Shown here: positions 53,040 to 64,000 of the stretch, in pieces
How positions within the stretch are numbered: the stretch's first letter is position 1
How the letters are laid out: each line of letters begins with the position of its first letter
Source of the DNA: Eledone cirrhosa
Lineage: Eukaryota
DNA: 64,000 bases
Reading direction: 5' to 3'
Assembly (NCBI GenBank): GCA_964016885.1
Contig: OZ024743.1
Span: 261,516,001-261,580,000 of the forward strand
The notes under the pieces: model-generated
The model's database searches: none
The model's input: the letters and a program-made list of their open reading frames with translations, nothing else
Told to the model about the DNA's origin: nothing
Translations under genes and position numbers: made by a program

Positions 53040-55585
53040 TAGGTAAGACATCTCAGGGCTGTTACACTCAATATGGGCACACTGAAAGGTAGATCAGGTG
53101 AAACTGCCTGAGAGGTGACGAGTGGATGTATGCTGTGTTTAGGAGGTGAGAGGGAGAGGCGGCTCTGCAAGACTTCTCACAGGCAAACAACATAGATACA
53201 AGCTTTTCTGGGAAGGTAATGATGATGGGGCAGGTGGAGTAGGCATTCTACTAACTAAGAAGTGGATAGATAAGGTAATTGAAGTAGTTAATGTAAACAA
53301 TAGAATTATCAAACTCAGCATAATTATAGGCAATGATGACAAATATATCTAGCCAGGCACTACCAAGTGCAAGACTGAGTAAAGAACAAAAGGACCAGTT
53401 CTATGAGGAACTTTTACAGACGACCTCAGTTAATGATGACAGAAACCTCATCACCATAACAAGCAACTTCAATGGTCATTTTTGACAGAACAAGTATAGC
53501 TACACAGGTGTACATGGTGGCTATGACTTGAGAAATGAAGAGGGAATGAAGCAACTGGAAGTCTGTGATATGAATGAACTGATCATTTGCAACACTAACT
53601 TCAGGAAACCGACCAGCCAGCCAGCGACCTGATTACCCATGAATCAGATGAACACATAAGGTGGATTAATTTTGTACTTGTTAGGAAATGAGGTAGCCAG
53701 ATGGTTATGAATGTTACGACATTCCGTGGAGAAGAATGCATGTAAGTTAGTTATTACCAACACCAGAATAAGCACAAGACAGAAAAAAAAACAGGAAAAT
53801 CTGAAGGTGTGTTTGGAAGCTAAAAGACATTGTTAAGTATAGTTTCATGAAAGCTTTATGTGAGGCATATGATAAGGATGACGAGTTAAACATATATGAA
53901 ATAGAGGACAGTTCAAAGTTCCTACAAGACAACCTACTACAGACTACTGATGAAACTTGTGGTTGAAGCAGAGCACTGGCCAGAGAGAGGATGACCTGGT
54001 GGTAGAACAGCACAGAGGATAGAGCTGTAGTGACCTACATTCCGAGGGCTCATGGATAAATTCTCCGTGTGTTGCTTGGCTCAATTCAGCCAATCGCCGC
54101 CAGTGTAGGAGAATGTGTGTCGACTTCCGCCCAGAGGGAAAAATTCCTGCGCCGATTCATAAATCTTTCTCTTGCTGCTTGAACTCTGAAAGGTCAACAC
54201 ACAGTCATGTAACGGTGAGAATTTCACTTTGGCCTTAACTCTTAATAATGTTTGTTCTTTACTTTGACATGTCCACTCAACTTAACTCTTTGTAATTAGT
54301 TGTAAATAAAACATGTAAAAAATGTTAACGAAGACTTTACGACTAATTCCACAAACATTCACTAATCTCATATTTAACAAATCCACACCTTTCCTGTTAC
54401 AACAAAAACACATCATCAAAATTATTCGTGTTTATATATAATTGCTAAAGAGCCATTAAAGCCAAAAGACAGGTATAGAAAAACTGGAAAAATAGGAGCA
54501 ACAGTGACTAGTACAAGGTAGCTAAGAGAGAAGCTAGATGACAAGTATATAATGCATGCAAAGAGGCTGAAAGAAGAAGGCTTACCAATGTATGTCTTAA
54601 CATGTGATAATCAAAGATGTGCGGTGTTCTACATTCGAAAGCAGTGTGTCAGTATGAATCAGGTTGTTGTTGACAAAAGGTGTGTTCAAAATGACACTGG
54701 TGTATTTAGAATCACTGATACTCAAAAGAAAGAGGCCTGGAAATGCTACTATCAGAGGTTAATGAATGTGGAGAATCTGTGGGAGGAAAGGTGACTACAT
54801 CCAACTGACCAAAACAGAGGGATCATCTGAGATAGTCACTGAGCTACTGAAAGCATTTGAGGAAGTAGGAGTTGAACTAGTCACCTGCATTATCAATCAG
54901 ATAATACTGGACGGGCTCATTTCTAATGACTGGTGCAGCAGCATAAACATTAATTGCTACAAAGAAAAAGGTGATCCTAGAAAGGATCAACAGCAGAGGA
55001 ATAAAACTAACAGATCAAGTTATGAAAATGACAGAAAGAGTTCTAGCACAACTAATTATGGAAAGAGTCAAATTAGATGAGATGCAGTTAGGTTTTATGC
55101 AGGGAGGAGCTACACAGATGCCCTCTTTTTAGTAAGACGACTACAAGAGAAGTTCTTAGCTAAGAGTAAGACTCTTTTGTTGATCTAGAGAAAGCCTTTG
55201 GCAGAGTACCCCGTTCTGTCATCTGCTGGGATAACAGGCAGACTGACAGGAAGGGAAGACTTTGTATGTAGTAGATGTTCAGAGTCAATTGATAGTAATA
55301 GTGTCACTGATATAAACCTTTTCCAATCACATGAAGGATCAATAGAAGTGGTTGATAGCTTCTGCTACCTAAGTGATATAATTAGCAGTGAAGGAGGGTA
55401 CTCTGAGAGCATAGTAGCCAGAAGAAGGATAGTATGGAAGAGCTTTAGGGAAATACAACCTATGTTGGCAACAAAAGGTTTCTCCCTATGAATGAAAGGC
55501 CAGCTATATGATGCCTGTGTGCAAAATGCAACGCTGCATTTTAGTGAAACATGAGCAGTGATTGCAGAGAATGTAGCTGGAGTCA
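53040..55585 (+). mobile_element. RTE-clade LINE, degraded ORF (APE endonuclease, RT start, C-terminus), interrupted by a solo LTR
   Basis: LNMGTLKGR, GGVGILL, .FNGH, NT.FRK, RGIKL, GFM.G..TTDA, VDLEKA, FCYLSD..S..GG. Confidence 0.8.
54026..54448 (+). mobile_element. Probable solo LTR
   Basis: 5-bp TSD AGAGC at 54021-54025 and 54449-54453 splits the RTE reading frame. Starts TGTAG, ends TGCTAA (decayed CA), internal AATAAA. Confidence 0.65.
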
Positions 55586-55929
55586 CATCTTCAGTGGGGA
55601 TTAGCCTCCCCAGATGGAGAGGTTTAATTAGCTATTTAGTACACCATACCAATGGACATAGGTGAGTGTAGTAGTAACCTAGACTTTCAGTGACATATGA
55701 CTTGATATCAAAGAGGAAGTAAGCCAGTCCTGACCATCCACGGAGAACACATTAACACTTATTCAAATTGAAAAAATGAACAGGTCAGAAGCATTCAACC
55801 AGGATGCTTTCATAGAGAAAGCAAAGACTGAATTACAAACAATAAATAAATAAATTGAACTAGATAAACAAAATAAAAAAGCTCAACTTAAAATTTCAAT
55901 GCAGGTTCGTAGACTGGGAATTTAATATA

Positions 55930-56752
55930 TCTAATATATATTTGTGAAATGGGTGGTGGTTGAAATTCAGATGTGCACGGTTAAATGGTAGTAGATGTGG
56001 TCGGACGGACATGAAAATTTACACACCTATGTAAAAAGTGCCAAAGAAGCAAATAGACGAGGTTTCAAATCTTTAACTTGAAAAATGTGGTCCCTAGGGT
56101 CCCCAAACGGTCTATTTACTATCGCGTTCGGTGAGTTATTTCCCCCTGTTCTAATACTTGGCTGAGTTATTTACAATTTCATACAAATTTTTAAACTCAT
56201 CAACGTTCTTTCGCTGTTAACATACAGTACCAATAATTTGAAAAATATTATTGAAAGTTTATTATAAAGAAGCAGTTTCAGGAAAAAGTGTAAACTATCA
56301 TACAAACCTTCATAATATGCATTTTTAAACTTGCATATCATCGACATTGCTATTTCGTTGTTAATAAACTATCATCCTTCTACATTTAACGATCATACAG
56401 TACCGTTTTATGAAATCGATTCTGCAGTACAGTCACTGTTTTCCATCAAAAGAAATAAAACCCTTAAATTGCGAAGAAGGGACGCGTGTTTTTATTTTAA
56501 TTCTAATACATGTTAACCACCACTAACAGTAAGTAGTATTTTTCAAATTGCATATCATCGACATTGCTATTTCGCTGTTAATAAACAACGCTTTTCACGT
56601 CGCTCCACTTCTCATTGTACGCCATCCAGCCCCAAGTGCATATTTCTATTTTTTTCCAGAAACTGCTTCTTTATAATAAACTTTCAATAATATTTTTCAA
56701 ATTATTAACTTAATAAAAAGTGGCCCCGTGTGCAACCGGGCTCAGCTGCTAG
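55930..56752 (+). mobile_element. Non-autonomous Helitron-like element with internal inverted and direct repeats
   Basis: A|TCTAATATATA 5' end. 3' hairpin CCCG..CGGG then CTAG|T. Inverted repeat 56232-56287/56651-56706. Confidence 0.75.
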
Positions 56753-56783
<31 letters not shown>

Positions 56784-56845
56784 GCACACATATATATATA
56801 TAAAGGAAAATAGACAAAATGGTGATGACTATATGTGAGTATGTA

Positions 56846-56877
<32 letters not shown>

Positions 56878-57339
56878 CCTCCGGTGAGTGCGAACAATAA
56901 CTAAAATAAGTTATTGGGATAAAAAGAATTGGGTGGAGAAAGAGAGACAGGTGAACAAACAAGAATGGTGGGGCAATGTAAAGAGAGGAAAAATGAGAAA
57001 ATCAAGTCAGTGAATCATTTGAACATAAGAACTTGCGAATCATTGATGAGAAGACGAAAGACCATCCGTACCGTGCGAAAAGTGAGCGAGAAAAGAGTTT
57101 CGTACGGTGCCGGATGTTGTTCTTTTCTCGCTCACTTTTCGCACGGTACGGATGGTCTTTCGTCTTCTCATCAATGATTCGCAAGTTCTTATGTTCAAAT
57201 GATTCACTGACTTGATTTTCTCATTTTTCCTCTCTTTACGTTGCCCCACCATTCTTGTTTGTTCACCTGTCTCTCTTTCTCCACCCAATTCTTTTTATCC
57301 CAATAACTTATTTTAGTTATTGTTCGCACTCGCCGGAGA
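56878..57339. mobile_element. Near-perfect palindromic MITE (~218-bp arms) inserted at TA
   Basis: Arms 56879-57096 and 57121-57338, 24-bp spacer. TA flanks, left end in a (TA)n tract. Confidence 0.9.
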
Positions 57340-57656
57340 TATCTGATCTTTAATGCGAAGAAATACCTATGACGGCTAATAGATCACGGATGAAGGATAG
57401 TCTCGGCTTCTCTTTCTAATTTTTACTTCATATGTATCACATTCGCAACAACACAGCACACCATTTTTCATTTATATATATATACATAGTAACAAGTGCA
57501 CTAGCAGCCAAAGTGTTTGATAAAGTTATACCTGTATGAATACAGTATGTAACTGAGACTACACCAATGTGTATGAATATATATATATCTAATATATAGG
57601 CATGTAAACATGCCAGAAAATATGAATTTCCCCATAAACTGAAAAAAAACCGATAG

Positions 57657-57705
57657 ATATCTTTAATCGCTTTTTGGATCTTATTGAACCTTCATCAGAA
57701 GACAT
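57657..57705 (-). ncRNA. Minimal type I hammerhead ribozyme (decayed)
   Basis: ATGTCTT-CTGATGA-A-GGTTC AATAA GATCC-(G>A)AA-AAGCGATT-A-AAGATAT. Confidence 0.7.
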
Positions 57706-57856
57706 GTATATGATCCAATCAACCATGAGGAAATATGTATCAATTTAATCTGAAAATTGATTAAAGATGTTTATCATTTTTTCAATTTATGGGGAAATTC
57801 GTATTTTATGGCATGTTTACATGCCTACATATTAGATATGTGTATATATTTATCCA

Positions 57857-58130
57857 TAGGCAGAGTTGTTTGAACATCGACTATCTACTCTCTGAGTTCA
57901 AATCTTGTCACGGTCAACTTGCCTTTCATCCTTTCAAGGTCGATAAAAAAGTACCAGTCAAAAACTAGGGTCGATTCTTCCTCTATATCTCTTCCTCACT
58001 TCCTCTCTTTCACTATCTGTATTCAGACCAGGAGAGGGATGGGCTCTGCCAGGTTTAAAAATGCCCTAGAAATGCCAAATGTCAATATGGCGCCTCTACG
58101 ACTCCTTCAGGAGTTAGGGGACCATACCAG
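57857..58130 (+). mobile_element. Composite tRNA SINE with TSD
   Basis: B-box GAGTTCAAATC. TSD TTTATCCA at 57849-57856 and 58134-58141. Confidence 0.75.
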
Positions 58131-58399
58131 ATGTTTATCCACATTGGTGCTGTCTTAGTTACGCACACTGTATTTATACAGGTATAACATTATCATACAC
58201 TTTGGCTGATAATACCTTTCTTAATATATATCTTAATTAATTACCAAGATGAGAAGTAATTATATCCAAATTAGTATATATATTTCAGAATAATGCTGAA
58301 AGCAAATGGGTATGTATACCCATCTAATACATATTTCCTTGTGGTTGATTGGATAATATCGGGAAGAGATAGAAGAAGTCTAGAAAGAAAGATCTGTCT

Positions 58400-58790
58400 A
58401 TATCAGAAACAATGCGTCTATTTTTTCTATTGGATCTTGTTTTATCTATTTTAATAAGGTAATAGAAACTTGGGAGCCTACTGTTCCTTGTGGTGTAGTT
58501 ATGTTTAATTCTATTTGGGAGTCCTCTGTGGCTCAGATATTTGACTAGCTGGTGTCAATGGAGATTTCTAGCTGGCCAGGTTTCATGTCATTGACTTTTC
58601 TGTATAATGTAGTGTTGCTAAGATTTTTGACTGCCAGTTGTGTCTAAGTATTTTAGTTGACAATGCAGAATTCTTTCCCTCATCAGATAGCAGGTATATG
58701 AGGTTTTTAGAAGTTAGATTTTGGAGGGTAATGAGCTGAGATCTTGAGAGTTTGCGAAAGGGTTTAGAATGCCTCTGCAAAACTTTGGAA
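58400..58790 (-). mobile_element. Penelope-like RT N-terminal fragment
   Basis: Minus strand NLIYLLSDEG (DKG-motif region) and RLPSFYYLIKIDK..RRIVS (PxFYxLPKIHK..RPIVS). Confidence 0.65.
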
Positions 58791-59069
58791 TTAGAGTATT
58801 TATGTCTTAATAACTGACTGTATCATCTCCTATATTGACATCCACAAGGTGTTCTCTGTCATCATATGCATCACATTCCTGCTTAAGGGTTCCATTTACA
58901 AGCAGATTACGGGACAGCTAATGAGGTCAAGTCTCTCAGGCTTACTGGAGGCCATCACATACATGTACCAAATGAAGCATAGTACCCTTACCACTGGCTG
59001 ATCCTGCTTCTTCACTATGATGGTACCCCAAAATATGATAATTATATATACTGTATATATATATATATA

Positions 59070-60429
59070 TGCCCATGGGAACTTCTATACGCAGATGATC
59101 TAACGCTCATAGCTGAATCAATGGCTAAACTAGAGAAGAAATTCCAAACATGGAAGCATGGCCTAGAATCAAAAGGCTTTAAAATTAACCTGTCTAAGAC
59201 TAAAGTTCTAGTTTGTAGGAAGGAAAATAGGGCACTGGTCCCATCTGGGAAATGGCCATGCTCAGTATGTAGGATAGGAGTAGGCAGAAACTCCATTTTA
59301 TGTCCCAAATACAAAGTATGGGTGCATAAAAGATGTAGTTGGATCACAGGTAAGCTAACTAAGAATATAGATTTTATATGTGGCCGGTGCTCAGGTGCAA
59401 TAAGTAGCAGCAAGTGCCCACAGAATACTAGCTCATTCCATTGTACAGATGGTTCTATAGAAATAGTGGACACCTTCTATTACCTGGGTGACAAAATCAG
59501 CAGTGGTGGAGGGTGCTCTGAAAGTACAGTAGCTAGAGTCAGAACGGGATGGAAAAAGTTCAGAGAGCTTATACCACTATTGGCCGCTAAAGGGTTCTCT
59601 CTAAAAATGAAAGGCAGGCTGTATGATGCCTGCATATGAACAGCAATGTTACATGGCAGTGAGACTTGAGCATTGTGTGCAGAGGATATATGCAGACTGG
59701 AGAGGAACGGAGCTTGCATGCTCCATTGGATGTGTAATAGTAATATACGTGAACGGCAAAGCATAAATGAACTAAGAGAGAAATTAGGAATAAGAGGAAT
59801 CAGATGTTGTTTACTCGAGAGAAGACTACGTTGGTACGGTCACGTGATGGGCATGAAAGACGACAGCTGTATAAAAAAGTGCAGGGCAATAAAAATAGAC
59901 GGTAGCCACGGAGTAGGCAGACCCAGAAAAACCTGGGACGACTTGATAAATTCCGACCTCACACACTTACACCTCTCCAAGACAATGTCACTGGACCGAG
60001 ATCTTTGGCGCTACACAGTAATACAGAAGACCCGCCTTGCCTAAGTACAAAGCGAAACCTACAGTCAGTAGGCACCTCTAACAAAAATACACCCCCGTCA
60101 CACCACCCCCACCCCATCCACACCACCCCTTTCGATGTAAAGTTATGTTGGTACCACAACATCCAGTCCGGAATAAATGAGGTCGTGTAGGTGTCACGAA
60201 AAAAAAAACACACAGTCCACACTGTAATGTGGCCATGTAGGTAACACGGTAAAAACCTCCCAGTCCACACTGTAAACGTGGTTGGTGTTAGGAAGGGCAT
60301 CCAGCCGTAGAAAACCCACCAGACAGTCCTATACGAGCAAGACAACCAATCTTGCCTCAAGTGGGAAAACTCCCGTCCAAACCCATGCAAGCGTGGAAGA
60401 TGGACATTAAACGATGATGATGATGATGA

Positions 60430-60432
<3 letters not shown>
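59070..60432 (+). mobile_element. RTE-clade LINE, 5'-truncated, with PHD-like finger, 3'UTR and (GAT)n tail, inserted in (TA)n
   Basis: PWELLYADDL, K.NLSKTK, CSVC..C..WVHKRC..CGRC, FYYLGD, RRLRWYGHV, GRPRKTW, then 3'UTR and GAT repeats. Confidence 0.92.
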
Positions 60433-60501
<69 letters not shown>

Positions 60502-60919
60502 GTGTGTGTGTATATATGCATATATATATATGTATGTATGGTATGTATGTACATGCACACACGCACACACATATGTGTGTATCTGTTTGTGAAAAGACAA
60601 CATAGTACAATGAAGAAATATATTAGTTTAACACTTGATATATTGTAGGAAAAGAGTCTTTATGTTTCAAACACTAGTCCTTTATCAGATGATAGAATGA
60701 GAAATAAAAGATGAAATATAAAGACAGAGAGTGAGAAGAGAAAAGAATGAAAAAAGATTTTGGGGGAGAAAAAGTGTGTAATGCCCATTTTCATTGATAT
60801 AAAAGATGTTAAAAGGTATTTAAATATTGCTTAACATAATTTTCAAAATTTATTTAGAATATCTAAAATTAGGAAAGTAATAAAGAAATAATAGAAAAAT
60901 GTATTCTACAAAAATTATA

Positions 60920-61520
60920 AATCATTTACAGAACTTCAGTATATACAATGTATTTAACTTTTTTCTTTGGAACATATATGAAAAGGTTGTGGGGCTTCCT
61001 ACTCTGGAACAATCTACATACAAGAAACTGCCATCCTCTTGGTGGACACCGGCAACCTGCAGTGTTTGATTTTGAGACCTAATGGTCATTGTGTAACTGA
61101 CTCTCACTGGGAATTGTAATTGTTTGAAACAAAAAGGGACATTTGTTGGCATGAGCAGTATTCTAGGTATAAATACAATGTCTCCCTTACCACGTCCAAT
61201 TATCTTGGCTTTGATAATGTGAGGTTGTAGCTCAGATACAAAACATGATGACTGTGCCCTTCTTCAATTCAAAGTTGTGTGACAGCATAATGAATGGTTC
61301 CAGACTGTTGAGAAATTCACCAAGTTAATGAATAGCCTCGTCCTTGTTGACAACTTTGTCGATAGATTTTTTTTATAGATCTGGCTACCTTCAGAGATCA
61401 TTTGTTAAAGATTTTTGTTGATGGCATTTACTGTAATGTTTTGGGGACAGGGATTGTTCTTTCACACAGCCACTCCTCATTGGAATGGTAGATTTTAAAA
61501 CTGGGGAACACTTGATTAAT
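60920..61520 (-). mobile_element. Helitron Pif1-like helicase fragments
   Basis: FIPRILL.PTNVPF.FK.LQFPVRVSY.MTI..SQ.QTL..G, YV..SRV, ILSP.N..V..IN. Confidence 0.8.
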
Positions 61521-62228
61521 TAAGTTTACAATGCTTTCCACAACAGTAGAAAATGATGAAGGATCAAAACATCCTTCAGTATCAAGGGATTGTTTTTCTA
61601 TAAATTCAGTTGACAGAGAGGTGTTTCTCTGTAACTCTCTCCCCGCTTCAGTTTTTGGGAAAATGAGTCATTGGCGAGTGATTTGGATGTCAGATCGGTT
61701 GAAAACAAATGAAAAAACTAGAAAACAAAAAATACCACAGAAATCTCCAAGGCTGGGAAAATCTGAGGATCAACCTCCTGCCTCTACTACTGATGTAGCG
61801 ACTGAATTGGAAGTTGGACACTTCATCGGACATATTTCATTTTTGTAACACAATCATGGCAGCATCAGAACAATGTTGATATATTTGTACACATAATTTG
61901 TAGGTTCCCCCCTCGCCACTTCATTCCGTTTTGGGGGAGGGGAGCCTATTGCAAGCATGCTGGAGGTCACATTAGTTGAAAAAACCTAGAAATAAAATTT
62001 TTTTTCGTGATCCCCAGTAGGTGCTTTTCTATAAATTTAAAAGGCTGAAAGGTGTTTATCTGTAACTGCCTCCATTTTCGGAAAAGGAAGTTGTTGGCGA
62101 GTGATTCAGAATAACAACAACAATCACCTGTCATTATAGTGAAATACTTTTTTTAAAGCCTGTGTTGCATTGTTGGACACACAGAAACACATACACAAAA
62201 ATACATACATTATTTTTTGTTAGTTAGA

Positions 62229-62426
62229 TGGCGGTGGAATGGCAGTATCGGTAGAGGGAGGCCGGACACCATGCTTTGACGCATAGAGTTACGCCCCTTG
62301 CCATTCTGAGTTCAAATCCCGCCGATGTTAACTTTGCCTTTCATCCTTACAGGGTCAATAAAATAAAGTACCAGTAATGCACTGGGTAATTGCTGGCCTT
62401 GTGCCAAAAGTAGAAAAACAATTATA
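62229..62426 (+). mobile_element. Full-length tRNA-derived SINE with 15-bp TSD
   Basis: A-box TGGCAGTATCGG, B-box GAGTTCAAATCC. TSD TTTTTGTTAGTTAGA at 62214-62228 and 62427-62441. Confidence 0.85.
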
Positions 62427-62657
62427 TTTTTGTTAGTTAGAGAGAAGGGGGGGGGGGGGAATAAATTGACAGCAAGCTTGCTTGAGGTCAGATTAGTTGA
62501 AAACACATGAAAAACTTTAATTATTATCCATTTTATTCAGTGTTATTCGAAGTACAAACTAACTTCATTTTTATAACTATATATATATATTATATGTATG
62601 TATACAAATATATTTATATATAATGTATATGTATATGTATTATATACATTTATATAT

Positions 62658-62693
<36 letters not shown>

Positions 62694-63339
62694 CATACTC
62701 ATATAGATATATGTAAGTATGATTCATATATATGTGTGTGTATGTGTGAGTGTGTGTACATGCAAATAAAGAAACATCCAAAGGGAAAAACAACACAAGA
62801 GAACAATACAATATAATGATGGTATATAGTTTAATGCTTGATATATTTGAGGAAAAGTGTTAATGTTTTGGACACCAATCCTTCATCGGAAGTTAAAAAA
62901 AGAGGGAAGAGAGAAGAAAAAAAGACAATTGAGAGCAAAAAAAACAAAAAAAAACAAAACGGGGAAAGAGTAGATTCGAGAAAAGGTACATGTTAATCAG
63001 CCATATTGGAAATATTTATGTGTGTGTGTGTGTAGGGGTGAATATATACACACACAAACACACACACACATATATATATATATAAGAGAGTGTTGAAGTT
63101 TGCTTGAAGCATTGTGGAATAATAAAATTGGTCGTTTTGGAAGTCTCAACAATGCAGATGGGTAAATCTCAGGGCAACAGAATCAGGTGGTGATGAGAGA
63201 GATGCAGGAGGAAATGTAGAATGAGACTATAAGGTGTAAACGAACGTAGGAAAGAGTGTAAAAAGAATAACATGAGATAAAGTTACCTTGGAAGTGATTT
63301 AATTGTCCCTATATTTCGGATTTCGCATCTATCAACTGG

Positions 63340-63905
63340 GGGTTTTCCAAGGGGGAAAGTTTTTAGTCAGAGAGGAACAATACGTGGTCCCTGTTGTCCA
63401 CCGTTTGTCACTCAATCTCGCAACATTCTCAACATGCTAAGAAGTGTGCACCTGCAGACAAATCTGCGGAACGCGGCGTTCCCGACACCAAGTATGATTA
63501 ACGCCTCATCCGCCTCAGCCAACCAGCTACCGCAGGCACCGATCGGGCAGCCGTGGATCAACACCATGGACGATGGGTATTGCGCCTTAAACAAACCAAC
63601 CAGCGGCGCATACTTGTCGACCTTCTCCACTGCCTCTCGGCTGAGGCCCAAGCCCTGTTTGAGACGTATCGTCACATCCAGCACTACAAACAGATCAGAC
63701 TGACTCAGAACAAGGTCCGGTATCAACTGACGCCCCTCTACGAAAAAGACCAGTTCCACTCCGACTGCCCACATGAGGCGCTCAGCCTCGCCCGCGATCC
63801 ACCTATGCACAGCGTTGTGTCTCTCCAGTCAGGGGCGCTTGAGCGCCGGGCACGCTCTGCTCAGGTACGAGAGAGATTCGACCCTCACTCTGCATATATA
63901 TAAGG
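63340..63905 (-). mobile_element. R2/NeSL-like non-LTR element C-terminus (zinc knuckle plus REL)
   Basis: C...ES..Y....CP, RHNAV, PDLV..VVLDVTI, EKVDKY, PIGACG.W. Confidence 0.8.
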
Positions 63906-64000
63906 TGGCAAATTGTTAGAGCATCGGATAGAATGCTCTGAAGTATTTGTTCCGACTCTCTACTCTCTGAGTTCAAATCCCGCTGAGGTCAACTTTACCT

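Larger units (their letters stand above)
57483..58359. mobile_element. Head-to-head inverted pair of hammerhead-containing ~330-bp units (retrozyme / Penelope pLTR-like)
   Basis: 57483-57740 on minus and 57741-58359 on plus (SINE inserted at 57857-58130). Both are homologous to 2595-2909. Confidence 0.7.

Noticed and set aside
62229-62325. tRNA gene
   Set aside because: A and B boxes belong to a SINE head with a TSD and multiple copies. No cloverleaf is evident

Overview
AT-rich, repeat-dense eukaryotic DNA. It is most likely octopus/cephalopod, an inference from the SINE/RTE repeat content and (TA)n microsatellites. The only well-supported host gene is a 4-exon SUMO2/3-like gene on the minus strand (CDS exons 28391-28374, 20310-20179, 14343-14272, 10804-10736; 96 aa ending QQQTGG-GTDC), with YY1 and CCAAT motifs upstream. 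Almost everything else is transposon-derived and mostly degraded. DNA elements: two inverted Chapaev3-like copies, a piggyBac nested in a related MITE, Helitrons, and two long foldback elements. Retroelements: RTE, R4/Dong, R2-like and CRE non-LTR elements, Gypsy fragments, a solo LTR, Penelope-like elements and tRNA-derived SINEs. The most notable unexplained structure is a ~330-bp non-coding unit carrying a minimal hammerhead ribozyme. It occurs in three circularly permuted or inverted copies (2595-2909 and 57483-58359), consistent with a retrozyme-like or Penelope pLTR element. Several other hammerhead families are also present. All calls are by eye, with no alignments or searches run, and TE boundaries without TSDs are approximate.
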